Origin: Candidatus Sumerlaeota bacterium
GTDB lineage: Bacteria; Sumerlaeota; Sumerlaeia; Sumerlaeales; Sumerlaeaceae
DNA length: 64,000 nucleotides
Direction: 5' to 3'
Assembly: GCA_026398535.1 (NCBI GenBank)
Contig: JAPLSQ010000084.1
Span: forward strand, 2,313 to 66,312
Shown here: positions 39,632 to 49,576 of the stretch, in pieces
Layout: the number at the start of each line of letters is the position of its first letter
How positions within the stretch are numbered: position 1 is the stretch's first letter
Notes under the pieces: generated by a model
Seen by the model: only the letters and a program-made list of their open reading frames with translations
Database searches by the model: none
What the model was told of the DNA's origin: nothing
Translations under genes and position numbers: made by a program

Positions 39632-41478
39632 CTGAGTGATCCTTTCTGAGCCGTGTTGGGATGATGCGCCGCGCCCTTGCCCAGCGACGCTTCCCACATC
39701 AGCCGGTAGGCGCCGCGCGCGGCCACGAGTTCGGCGTGCGTGCCTGATCCGACAATTTTGCCGCGCTCGAGCACGAAGATTTTGCCGGCGTCCATGACGA
39801 GTCCAAGGTTGTAGGTGGCGAAAATTCTCGTGGGCGCCGTCTCAAAAGACTTCAGGTTGGCGAGAATTTTCTGCTGAGTTTCGGGATCGAGCGAAGCGAG
39901 CGGTTCGTCGAACAGCAGAACATTGGGGCGGCGCGCCAGCGCGCGGGCGATGGTCATCCGCTGTTTCTGCCCGCCCGAGAGATCGCCGGTTTCGGAGAGT
40001 GTCGTGTTCATCTGTGAGGGCAATTGCCTGATGAATTCGTCGCATTCCGCAATTCTGACGGCCTGCCCGACGCCCTCGTCAAGCTCGCGCCGCAGAAGAT
40101 GCTCGACGCCGTAGGAGATGTTCTCCATCACAGTGCCCGCGAAGAGTTGAGGGCGCTGGAGCACGACGCCGAAGCGGCGGCGATAGGGCATGAGCGCCAG
40201 CTCGCGCAGGTCGCGTCCGTCGATCAGGATTTCACCCGAGTCCGGATCGTACAACCTCAGGATCAGGTTCATGATTGTGGATTTTCCGGCTCCTGAGACG
40301 CCGACGATCGCGGCGGACATTCCGGGCTCGATGGTGAAGGACACGTTGTCGAGCACGGGATATTTGGGGTCGTAGGCAAAGGTCACATTTCGGAATTCGA
40401 TGTGTCCGCGCAGTTCGCGCATGCAGATGGCGTCGGGCCGTTCGCGGATGCCGGGATCGATGTCGAGCACCTCAAGCACGCGCTCGGCGGCAACGAGGTC
40501 GCGCTGGACCGATTGCAGGTAAAGGATGACGGTGGAGCTTGGGATGAGCACGTTGGCGATCAGGGCGTTGAGGCCGATCCACTGTCCGACGGTGAGGCCG
40601 CCTGTGATGTGAAAGTAGCCCCACAGCGAGTTTGTGAGAAACGCGAAAGCCACGGCAAGCCCCGCCGGATGGATGAAACCTTCGGCGATGCCCGATAGCA
40701 TCTGCCACTGGAAGAAACGGCGCAGATAGCCGGAAAGGCAATGGGCGTAGACGCGTTTCTCGGTGTCCTCTCGCGCGCAGGCCTGCACGACGTTGACGCC
40801 GGCGAGTGTCTGCTGGAGTTGCGCGGTCACAACGCCGCGGGACTCGCGCATGCGGCGCTCGGTTGTGCGCCACATGGCGGTGATCCAGCGTGTGAAGAGC
40901 ATGTAAGGTGGCATGAAAATGATCACGATGATGACAGCCCGCCAGTCCACGAGCAGCGCCAGCAGGGCGGTGACCACTCCCTGGATGATCATGGAGGCGG
41001 CGATCGGCAGCGTCACAGCGATGAGGTTCGCGGCATCGTGCACATCGATGTTTGCCCGGAAGATGCGCTCGCCCACCGGGCGCGACTCGTGAAAGTCGAG
41101 CGGGAGTTTGAGCAGATGATGGTAGAATTGTTCGCCGAGACCGCGGAGAATGTCGCGTTTCACGTCAAAGCGCACGAAACAGGTGATGAGATAATATGCC
41201 TGGCGCACGAGTTCCGTGATAAAGATGATAGCCACGAGCACGACGACAAGGGAGAAATCGCGGCGCGGGAAAGCATCGTCGAGAATAAGCACGGAGAACA
41301 CGGGCATGAGGCCGGCGAGAATTGTCATGGCCAGCGGCGACAGGATGAGAATAAGGAAGAGCTTCTGCCAATGCGGGATCATGAATGGCAGATAGCGGCG
41401 CAGGACGCTTGCGAAGTATCTGAATCCCGGAGATGGCGCGCCCGCCTTGACGACGGCGCCTGCGGTTGCGCCGGTCAT
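39628..41478 (-). CDS. Exporter-fold ABC half-transporter (TMD+NBD), subunit 2
   Basis: Multi-TM domain, GVSGAGKS, LSGGQKQR, LFDEP; H-loop replaced (FATYNL). Confidence 0.9.
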   Translation of the reverse strand: MTGATAGAVVKAGAPSPGFRYFASVLRRYLPFMIPHWQKLFLILILSPLAMTILAGLMPVFSVLILDDAFPRRDFSLVVVLVAIIFITELVRQAYYLITCFVRFDVKRDILRGLGEQFYHHLLKLPLDFHESRPVGERIFRANIDVHDAANLIAVTLPIAASMIIQGVVTALLALLVDWRAVIIVIIFMPPYMLFTRWITAMWRTTERRMRESRGVVTAQLQQTLAGVNVVQACAREDTEKRVYAHCLSGYLRRFFQWQMLSGIAEGFIHPAGLAVAFAFLTNSLWGYFHITGGLTVGQWIGLNALIANVLIPSSTVILYLQSVQRDLVAAERVLEVLDIDPGIRERPDAICMRELRGHIEFRNVTFAYDPKYPVLDNVSFTIEPGMSAAIVGVSGAGKSTIMNLILRLYDPDSGEILIDGRDLRELALMPYRRRFGVVLQRPQLFAGTVMENISYGVEHLLRRELDEGVGQAVRIAECDEFIRQLPSQMNTTLSETGDLSGGQKQRMTIARALARRPNVLLFDEPLASLDPETQQKILANLKSFETAPTRIFATYNLGLVMDAGKIFVLERGKIVGSGTHAELVAARGAYRLMWEASLGKGAAHHPNTAQKGSLS

Positions 41479-43301
41479 GCGTCATTCTCCTTTGCGGCCG
41501 CGCCGCCGGTTTGCGATTGGATGATCCACAGCTTGTGGTAGTGTCCGCCGCGAGAGAGAAGCTGCTGGTGCGTGCCCGATTCGATGAGCCGCCCGTTGTC
41601 CATGACGAAAATTTGGTCCATGCGTGTCAGCTTTGTCAGATCGTGCGAGACGAGAATCGTCGTCCTGCCTTGTGCGGCTTCGAAGAGAGTCTCTGTCAGC
41701 GTGCGCTGGGCGGGCGGATCAAGCAGGGAGGCGGGTTCGTCGAGCAGCAGGATGCTTGGATTGCCCACGACGCATCGCGCAACGGAGATTCGTTGTTTCT
41801 GACCGAGCGAAAGGTCGCCACCCTCGCCCAGTACGGCGTCATAACCATTGGGCAGGGAGCTGATCAGCTCGTCCAGCCGCGCGATTCTTGCCGCCTCCGC
41901 AAGCTGCTCATCAGACGCCCCCTTGGAACCGTAGATGATGTTATCGCGGATCGTGCGGTGGAAGAGCACCGGCTCCTGAAGCACGATGCCGATCTTTTGA
42001 CGATATTCCCGGAGTCTGACGTTGCGCAGATCAACATCGTCGATGAGCACGCGGCCCTGCTGCGGATCGTAGAATCGCAGGATCAGATTGAGTATTGTGG
42101 ATTTTCCGCTGCCGGATTCGCCGACAAACGCCACCATGGAGCCGGGCTCGATGCGGAACGAGATGTCGCGCAGAACAGGTTTTTCGGGATCATAATGGAA
42201 GTTAACGCCGCGAAACTCGATGGCTCCGCGCAGGTTGTCCAGCGTGACCGTGTCTGCCGCGGCGGGTTCGCTCATGTGCTCTTTAAGGTCGAGCACACCG
42301 AGGACGCGCTCGGCGGCCACCATGCGCAGGCGCATGTTCTGATAATAGGTGATAAGTATGCCCAGCGGAACGATGGCCTGCGCGATGTAAATGGTCAAAG
42401 CGCTCCACTCGCCCACGGTCATCTCGCCCGTCACCACCCAGTATCCGCAGAGCCCGATGATGGCGCCGGTGAGAACCCGCGGCATTTCCGAGGGCCAGAC
42501 GAAAACAATCGTGACCTCTTTCACGAACCAGAAAAGCATGTTTGCCACGGAATACCTTGCCATGGCGATGAAGTACCGGAAACGTTCGCGGTGTCTGGCG
42601 GCGTGGGAATAAACGAGTGGAATGGAGGAGAGCGTTCGCTCGAGCTGGGTGGTGAGTTTCTGGCCGAGAAGGCGCTGCGACAAGTCGATGCGGCGGTAAA
42701 AATTGAAGATCAGCTGGCCGATGACGAACCACAGCGGGGTGATTGCGAAAGCGATGGCCACGGGCCGCCAGTCAAGGAAACACATGGCGAAAACGACCAT
42801 GACGAACTGGTAGAAATACTGCACCATGAACGGGAACTGGATTCCGACCATCTCGCTTGTGTCGAGCACATCAGTATCACAGAAGAAGATCTTGTCGCCC
42901 ACGGTATTCCGGCGATGATAGTTCATGTTGAGCCGCATCATGTTCGAGTAGAAACGGGGGCCGAGACGCGCGAGCACGCCGATGCGCAAATGGCCGTAGA
43001 CTGCCGCGCGCAAAAGCAGAAGAACGCGGTCAAGGATCAGAGACCCGAACCCGACGAACGCGAGGATGACGAGCATGGCGATGTCGCGGCGGGGAAACGC
43101 CACGTCGATGATCATTTTTGTGCACAGCGGCGCGATGACCACGAGCACAGAACCGGCCAGCGGCGCGACAAAAAGAATGAGCAGCAATTCCACCCAATAG
43201 GACTTGAGGCAGGGCAGATAGCGCAGAAAAACCTTGAGAAACCGCCCGATCGTCAGCGGAGGAAGAGATGGAAGGGCGGCGGATACGGCGGTTTCGGTCA
43301 T
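41475..43301 (-). CDS. Exporter-fold ABC half-transporter (TMD+NBD), subunit 1
   Basis: Multi-TM domain, GESGSGKS, degenerate signature LSLGQKQR, LLDEP, VSHDL; ATGA overlap with subunit 2. Start is 43301 or further upstream. Confidence 0.9.
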   Translation of the reverse strand: MTETAVSAALPSLPPLTIGRFLKVFLRYLPCLKSYWVELLLILFVAPLAGSVLVVIAPLCTKMIIDVAFPRRDIAMLVILAFVGFGSLILDRVLLLLRAAVYGHLRIGVLARLGPRFYSNMMRLNMNYHRRNTVGDKIFFCDTDVLDTSEMVGIQFPFMVQYFYQFVMVVFAMCFLDWRPVAIAFAITPLWFVIGQLIFNFYRRIDLSQRLLGQKLTTQLERTLSSIPLVYSHAARHRERFRYFIAMARYSVANMLFWFVKEVTIVFVWPSEMPRVLTGAIIGLCGYWVVTGEMTVGEWSALTIYIAQAIVPLGILITYYQNMRLRMVAAERVLGVLDLKEHMSEPAAADTVTLDNLRGAIEFRGVNFHYDPEKPVLRDISFRIEPGSMVAFVGESGSGKSTILNLILRFYDPQQGRVLIDDVDLRNVRLREYRQKIGIVLQEPVLFHRTIRDNIIYGSKGASDEQLAEAARIARLDELISSLPNGYDAVLGEGGDLSLGQKQRISVARCVVGNPSILLLDEPASLLDPPAQRTLTETLFEAAQGRTTILVSHDLTKLTRMDQIFVMDNGRLIESGTHQQLLSRGGHYHKLWIIQSQTGGAAAKENDA

Positions 43302-43469
43302 GCCAGGGAACGATTCATTTGAGGGATTGGCCGATACAAATATGCGCCGAATTTTCCTTGGACCGCGCAAGTCATACTTGCGTCTTTCTCCATATAAAAG
43401 CTGTGTTGCCGCTGGAGATGATGGGGCTGATATCTGATGCGCCAAAAATTGATGTCGTCAATTGAAGCA

Positions 43470-46400
43470 TCACCTGTATGCCGGCCACTCCGTGTTGGCG
43501 GCGCTGCCGCTCTTTGCGCGCAGGAAGGCTGACTCATCGGCATCGAGCACGGTGGTTATCGTCACGATGCCGCCGCCATGGTCGACGACATTGGATCCCG
43601 CTCGCGCGCCCACGATCTCAAAACGGATTGCTGACGGATTGTATGTGCAGTCAGCCGTGAGCGATGTTCTTTCGTTGACCAGTTGAAACGCGAGATCGCC
43701 CGTGATCGTTCCGCTTGCGCCGTCGGCGAGGAACGCGCTGCCGCTTGTGATGGTTTCGGCGGGGCTGTAACGGAGGGCGATGGTCTCGCCCGCGGCGGCG
43801 CTTACTTTGTTGATTTTCACGCGATAATTTTGTCCCTCCGGCATGGCTTGGGGGGCGCTGATCCACACCCATTGCCCTGTGCGCGCGTGGTTGAACCATG
43901 TCTCGGCAATTTTGCTCCATGTGCCGCTTGTTTCGCGTTCGAGCGTCATGCTGAGCTGGTTGTTTTTGCGGTTGAGATAAGGCATCACGGCGACCTGAAG
44001 CCCCACTTTGCTGAAAGGCGCCGGCGCCACGAAGGTTTGCCCGATGGAACCGGTTGAGGGCGCGTTGCAGGTTGACGGGCCGGGCGTTGGACCCATGACC
44101 TGGTCGCGCAGCGCGGCCGCGCTGAACGAGAAGAGCGACTGCCAGTAGCCAATGTTTTCGAACAAGAACGAGGTGTAATTCGATGGCACGCGCGGTCGCA
44201 GTTGCATCCCCCCGCCTGTCAGTTTGATGCCAAGATAGGAGACCGGCTGGTAGGCGGCCACAGTGCCGTTGCCCGGGAATATTTCGCGGAATCCCTCGAA
44301 ATCGGCGATATTCGAGTTTGGGCCGAGGAAGAACCATCGTCCGCGTCCGCCGGGATCGTTGTATGTGCGCCCGCCGGTGAGGCGGTCGGGGTTGGCATAG
44401 CGCGCGAGGATGCGCTCGTTGCGTTCGTGCATGTTGTCGACGGAAAGGTATTGAGATCGCGTGAAGAGGTCGCGCGCGGCGGTGTCCAATCGGGCGCCGC
44501 CGTTGGTCAGCACCTGCAGGTAGGGTAGCGTTCCTGTGACATTATACCATGTCGAGTTTGCGCGGGTGTTCCATGGGGGCACGGCCTCCCAGATGGAATA
44601 AATGTCATTTGACCATGTGGTTCCGCCGTTGCCGCTCCATTTGCCGCGATCGAGCCACCACAGGATTGCCCGCGCGATATCGGGTGAAACCATTCCGCGC
44701 GACGCCGCCTCGAGATTGTTGTGGGTGAAACCGAAGTCGTGAATTGCGCCGTCCCAGTCCTGGCAGCCGTGGAACCGGTCGTAAGCCGCGCCGCCCTCGA
44801 CCACCGTGTGCCAGTACTTGGCCTGGTATTTGGCATTGGCGAAATTCCACATGTCGCGATACTGGGTTTCCCTCGCGGTGTCGCCCAGCAGTTTGTGCAA
44901 CTCGGCAAGCGCGTAACAGGCGTCGTTGTACCACAGGCCCGCGTAAGCGTCATAACCTCCGCCCGCTCCCTCGTAGTAGGAGTTGGGCATGCAGACGGCG
45001 TTGCGTCCCGAGCGTTGATTGGGCACGTTGTATTCCGGGGTGGTCTGGTAATAAATCATTCCCGTGGCAGCCGCGCCCATGTAGTTGCGCATGTAGTCGA
45101 AGAGCGCCTTGAGGTCTGCATCAAGGCCGCCGTGATGCGGGCCGTTGTAAGCGTCACCGCCGGCGTAATTCGCGTCGATTTTCGTCCACCATACCACGCC
45201 GGGGCCGAAATACCGCGACCAGCTGTCATCATCCGTCACTTCGAGGTAATATTTGCCGGTCGGCTGTGTTGACAGCGCCGTTAAGGCAATCTGTTGAGTT
45301 GTATTGGCTGGAATGGAGAATGCGGTTTGCGTGATTTGCGCGCCGCCATAACCGTTATACAGAGTCAATTTGCCGTGGTTTGCTTCGGTTGTTGACGGAT
45401 TACCGAGCAAGGCTTTTACGGTGGCAAAAGGCGCCGTCGCGGTGAATTCCTGTCCGAGGCTATGGCGTTTTGTGGGCGCTTTGGCGTCCATCCGCACGTC
45501 GCCCGATGCGAGAACATAATCGAGGAAATCGGCGCCGTTCCCGCAGACGGGCTGGCTCTGGGCGCCGTTGGTGGAAACCCAGCGGGCGCGGCGCGAGAGC
45601 AGGATGTCCTTGCCGCCCGCAGCCATAATATAGCGCGCGATGGCTTGGATTCGCGCGCCGTTGATGTGCAGGTGGCGCAGATCGTAAGGCGCGTTGCCGG
45701 GCGGGACGTTCAGCAGTCCGCCCGCGCCATAATCAGGATAGCGCCCCCAAGCGTACTGGCAGCCGAAGTGCTCGAAGCGGTCATAGCCCATCCATGCCTG
45801 TTCGTTCAGAAAATCCTGGCGAAGCTTTTTGATGTACCATGAGCGCGGGTCGTCTAAAAGGTGCATTTCCGTGCCGATGACCCATTCTCCGCCGGGCGGA
45901 GTGCTGGGCCAGAAATAGATGCCATTGCGCATGAACTCCGTCATCAGCCGGCTGATCGGAAGCGTTTTTCCTGTTGGGTCGAAGGTGATTTCGGTGTCGG
46001 GCGTGAAGACGGCTTTCGGCATGGTGAAGGCGTTGACGGGCACATCCCGCGCGCCCGCGGGCAGCACGGTGATCTCAAGCGGGCCGGTCATATTAGTGCC
46101 GGTGAAAGTCAGGCGGTCGGATTGCGGATTGTAGGAAAGGTATGTGGCGCCAGTCCACAATGTCTCTATGTCCCAGTTCTGCGCGCGGTCGGATTGCATA
46201 AGCAGACGCGAACCGTCCTGTATGTTCAGAGTGAGAAAATAATTGCCGGTGGGCAGGCGTTTGAAATGCTCAATGCGCGTTGTGTGGCCGCTGCTGCCCA
46301 CAAAGCAGCGGAAAGGCAGAGTAAGCGCCGATGCGCCCGCGGTGTCGGTGTCGTGGGGATAATTGAGGTGGGTGTCGGCGTCGTAGTAACCATCTTTAAG

Positions 46401-46730
46401 GAATGGCAGATCCCACATGAATGTGTTGCCGCCGGTGATGGTCAGTATGTTGGCCGACAGCGTGGCGGTGGTGACGTTGCGGATGCCCGCGCCGGTCACC
46501 GTTTCCATGCCATAGGCGCCTGATCCGCTGGCATCAAAACGCAGTGAGGTGATGGCATTGCCGCTCTTGTTCAGGGACATGTATCCGTTCTGAAGTGTCT
46601 GGGCGCGTCCAGCATCATGAAAGGCCAGGCATACGCAGACAACCAGTGCGGTGCACAAGGCGTTCCTGGATGAAATGAACATAGGGCGATTTCGCAACCG
46701 GGACATTTTACATGTCATCTTTATTGTCAC
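43470..46730 (-). CDS. Large secreted putative six-hairpin glycosidase-like protein, paralog A
   Basis: Signal peptide (AGRA/QT), helical core with DWDG..HDFGFT..NLEAA, C-terminal YLGI...LRPRVP beta-domain, two GQxF modules, tail SAANTEWPAYR. ORF is secure; function is inferred and start uncertain. Confidence 0.6.
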   Translation of the reverse strand: MTIKMTCKMSRLRNRPMFISSRNALCTALVVCVCLAFHDAGRAQTLQNGYMSLNKSGNAITSLRFDASGSGAYGMETVTGAGIRNVTTATLSANILTITGGNTFMWDLPFLKDGYYDADTHLNYPHDTDTAGASALTLPFRCFVGSSGHTTRIEHFKRLPTGNYFLTLNIQDGSRLLMQSDRAQNWDIETLWTGATYLSYNPQSDRLTFTGTNMTGPLEITVLPAGARDVPVNAFTMPKAVFTPDTEITFDPTGKTLPISRLMTEFMRNGIYFWPSTPPGGEWVIGTEMHLLDDPRSWYIKKLRQDFLNEQAWMGYDRFEHFGCQYAWGRYPDYGAGGLLNVPPGNAPYDLRHLHINGARIQAIARYIMAAGGKDILLSRRARWVSTNGAQSQPVCGNGADFLDYVLASGDVRMDAKAPTKRHSLGQEFTATAPFATVKALLGNPSTTEANHGKLTLYNGYGGAQITQTAFSIPANTTQQIALTALSTQPTGKYYLEVTDDDSWSRYFGPGVVWWTKIDANYAGGDAYNGPHHGGLDADLKALFDYMRNYMGAAATGMIYYQTTPEYNVPNQRSGRNAVCMPNSYYEGAGGGYDAYAGLWYNDACYALAELHKLLGDTARETQYRDMWNFANAKYQAKYWHTVVEGGAAYDRFHGCQDWDGAIHDFGFTHNNLEAASRGMVSPDIARAILWWLDRGKWSGNGGTTWSNDIYSIWEAVPPWNTRANSTWYNVTGTLPYLQVLTNGGARLDTAARDLFTRSQYLSVDNMHERNERILARYANPDRLTGGRTYNDPGGRGRWFFLGPNSNIADFEGFREIFPGNGTVAAYQPVSYLGIKLTGGGMQLRPRVPSNYTSFLFENIGYWQSLFSFSAAALRDQVMGPTPGPSTCNAPSTGSIGQTFVAPAPFSKVGLQVAVMPYLNRKNNQLSMTLERETSGTWSKIAETWFNHARTGQWVWISAPQAMPEGQNYRVKINKVSAAAGETIALRYSPAETITSGSAFLADGASGTITGDLAFQLVNERTSLTADCTYNPSAIRFEIVGARAGSNVVDHGGGIVTITTVLDADESAFLRAKSGSAANTEWPAYR

Positions 46731-46858
46731 ACATCATTATTTATATTATGTTATTATGCGCGCTGGCATGGAGCCTGATGATATATGCTGATTCATTAAG
46801 GGTACCGTATAAACTTGATGTGTGTGGCGCGTTTCTTTGAGTGCGCAAGCTGCCGCAG

Positions 46859-49576
46859 TCAAAAATCAAGTTGTTTGGCACGAGCATCGAGTTGTTCAAA
46901 GGCGGATGATACGATGCAATCGTTTCTTTGCAGGTAAATGCCTGTATTCGCGCAACACGTCTCCATGGTTTTGCCTTCGGTGAGAGCGATTCGGCCGCTG
47001 GAACAGGACAGGCGGAATGAATGCCGATTTGAGCTGGAGATCAACCTGACACGGATCATGGTCGAATTCCCATCGTTCTCGGCCTCGATGTCGAAGATGG
47101 CGCCCGCGTAATGGAGGTTGTGAATGCCGGCGCGTTCCAGGCGCGAGGGCAGGCGCGGACGGATCATCAGGCCCGCGGGTTCCGGCGAGATGCCAAGAAA
47201 TCCGTAAAGGAAGGCGTTGGGCGCCAGCCCGGCTTCGGGGAACACGACCGACACGCCGACCTGATAGCCGTCAACCTCGCCGCGGCACAGGGGATTGCCG
47301 CCGCAGAGTTTGTCGGGCATCTGGTAGCGTTGCAGTATTTCTTTGTAGCGCTTGAATGCGTTGTCGGGGCCGAGGAACCGCAGGCGCGCGAGGATGTCGT
47401 AATAGGATGAGAACAGGAATGCCCCGCCGTTCTGAAATCCGAGTCCGAATCCGATGTCGCCGGGCCATTCCTTGTCGCCGCCGAGATACCACCACCCCTT
47501 GATGTCGAGCGTGTTGGCCCGCGGCGCGGCGCGGAAAATGTAGGCGTCGCGTTTCCCGGTGGCCGTCGGCTGGTTTTCGATCCAGTCATAGATACGCGCG
47601 GCTTGATCCTTGTCCGCAAGCCCCGCCGTCATTGCCAGCAGGTTTACTGATGTGAAGCCAAAATCCCAACGGCGTCCCTCAGCATCGATGCATCCGATGT
47701 AACGGCCGGCGGCGTCATCCCAGAAGTGGTTGTTGTAACTCTCGCGCAGTTCGGTGCGTTTTCGGATCAGGTTTTCGGAAGCGGATTGGCCGCCATACAT
47801 GGCCTCGAGCGCCGCCATCGCCCCGAGCGCCTTGTAAAGCATGGCGTTGTTGATGGCGCACTTGTAGCCGAATGGCAGGCAGTCATACTCCGTCGAGGGC
47901 ATGCTGTCAGGTGTACCGCGATGGTGCGGCTCGGTGATGACCATGAGGCCGTCCAGCCATTGCGTGTCGCGCGAGCCGAGACAGAATTCCATCGCGCGGC
48001 GCAGATTGGGCATGAGCTTGCGCGCCGTGTTGTTGTCGCGCGTCCACATCGCGTAAAGCCACGATGCGACGATGAATGTGGTGTTTGTGGTGTAGTGACG
48101 GCGCGCGCGCGCGCTCATGCCGTAGCGCATTCCATGCGGATAGCCTCCGCCATAGCGCATCGCCCACACATAGCCGTCGCGGCTGAGCTTGACCCTGCCC
48201 AGCGATTCGCGGAAGCGGTCAACTCGCGGCGGGCCGACCCAGCAGCTCTGCCGGCCGATCCATTCAAGCCATTCGCCACCCGCGCTGCCGTCACCCATGC
48301 CGAAGGAACGTTCGCAGAAAAACGAGTTCTGGATTTTTTCAATGCGCTTGTTCGAACAGGTGAACCGCGGGCAATTGGGGCGGGGCTCATGTTGGCGCGG
48401 CAGGAATTCGATGTCGAGACGCGCCCCGGCGAACCGCATGAGCATCGTGCTGGTTGTCAGCGGCCAGGGGCATGTCTCGTCATATTCGCTGAAACGCATG
48501 TCGAGCGCACCGGCCCCCTCGGCGCGCAGCCAGCGCGCGCCTGCAAATGCGGGACGGTTGCGCGGACTTTGATACGCGGGCCACGCCACGGGAAAGCGCT
48601 TGAACTGCTCGATGGGAACATACTGATCTTTGTCAGTAGTGAAGCGGGTGAAGATGATGTTCGCGCGCGATGAAAATCCGTAGCCATCCGGTTCCCATGG
48701 CGCCGCGACCTCGAATCCAAGGGCTGTTGAGCCTTTGAATGGTTGCATTGCGCATCCGTGCGGTTGACGGGCAGACGCCTGGCGTTCCCGTTCATCATCG
48801 AGCATCTCAAGGTGCAGAACGGGTCCGTCGAGAGTGACGCGGCAATCGCGCACGACGGTTTCCTCGACATGGCGCGCGGTCAGAAACATGAAATCCTGGC
48901 CGGGCATGGGTTTGCCGTTCATGTGGGCGCAGCCGCCCGGATACACATCCGTCAGTGCGCACCACCATCGGATATCGCCGCGCGGTTCACTGACCTCGAT
49001 GAAATATCGGCCGGCGGGCCAGCGGCGGTCTTGCAGAAACGCCCAGATCGTGGGGAAATCGGGGGCATCCGCGCCTTTGACTTCTTTTGTGGCAAGGACC
49101 GCGCCTGATGGTCCCGCGCGTCTGAGTGTGACGCGGAATGACGTGTCGGACATCGCTCCCGCCGCATAAACGTAAACGCCCGCCTTGTGAAACGGGGCAT
49201 CTGCGATGAAGCTCTGTCCCGCGACATCACCCGGTTTCAAATGCCGCGCCGTATCCGGCCAAGTGTAGATGGGAACGTCCGGGTAAATTTCAGTGTCTGT
49301 TCCGGAAAAGACATCCTCGCCAAGAATCATGCGCGTTTTTTTAAACATAGCCGTGTGGGGAGAATCGATCAACAGACGCTGGGACTCGCGCGGTTTCAGC
49401 CCGATGGGGGCAAGGTGAAGAAGTCCGGTTGCGTGATAATTTGAGCGCCCTTTGGGATCGGCGGCGATCTCAACCGCCCGCCCTTGTGACAAGGACACCC
49501 TGATATAACCATTTTCCATGATAGGGTGCTTCATCTGCGATGTCCTTCCGTTGCGGCTTGTGCCAACTGCTTTCAC
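46859..49576 (-). CDS. Putative six-hairpin glycosidase-like protein, paralog C (no obvious signal peptide)
   Basis: STEYD..PFGY, YNNHFWDDAAGRY, FQNGG, FPEAGL, GFLGI.P...GL.IRPRLP; GTGA overlap with paralog B. Confidence 0.6.
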   Translation of the reverse strand: MKAVGTSRNGRTSQMKHPIMENGYIRVSLSQGRAVEIAADPKGRSNYHATGLLHLAPIGLKPRESQRLLIDSPHTAMFKKTRMILGEDVFSGTDTEIYPDVPIYTWPDTARHLKPGDVAGQSFIADAPFHKAGVYVYAAGAMSDTSFRVTLRRAGPSGAVLATKEVKGADAPDFPTIWAFLQDRRWPAGRYFIEVSEPRGDIRWWCALTDVYPGGCAHMNGKPMPGQDFMFLTARHVEETVVRDCRVTLDGPVLHLEMLDDERERQASARQPHGCAMQPFKGSTALGFEVAAPWEPDGYGFSSRANIIFTRFTTDKDQYVPIEQFKRFPVAWPAYQSPRNRPAFAGARWLRAEGAGALDMRFSEYDETCPWPLTTSTMLMRFAGARLDIEFLPRQHEPRPNCPRFTCSNKRIEKIQNSFFCERSFGMGDGSAGGEWLEWIGRQSCWVGPPRVDRFRESLGRVKLSRDGYVWAMRYGGGYPHGMRYGMSARARRHYTTNTTFIVASWLYAMWTRDNNTARKLMPNLRRAMEFCLGSRDTQWLDGLMVITEPHHRGTPDSMPSTEYDCLPFGYKCAINNAMLYKALGAMAALEAMYGGQSASENLIRKRTELRESYNNHFWDDAAGRYIGCIDAEGRRWDFGFTSVNLLAMTAGLADKDQAARIYDWIENQPTATGKRDAYIFRAAPRANTLDIKGWWYLGGDKEWPGDIGFGLGFQNGGAFLFSSYYDILARLRFLGPDNAFKRYKEILQRYQMPDKLCGGNPLCRGEVDGYQVGVSVVFPEAGLAPNAFLYGFLGISPEPAGLMIRPRLPSRLERAGIHNLHYAGAIFDIEAENDGNSTMIRVRLISSSNRHSFRLSCSSGRIALTEGKTMETCCANTGIYLQRNDCIVSSAFEQLDARAKQLDF

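Noticed and set aside
38540-43301. Type I secretion or bacteriocin/RiPP exporter interpretation
   Set aside because: No C39 domain, TolC, RTX repeats, precursor peptide or modifying enzymes nearby, and the large neighbours A and B have Sec-type signals. Not excluded if partners are encoded elsewhere.
41466-43322. 618 aa plus-strand ORF
   Set aside because: Antisense shadow of the ABC half-transporter; the same applies to most other overlapping ORFs in the track.
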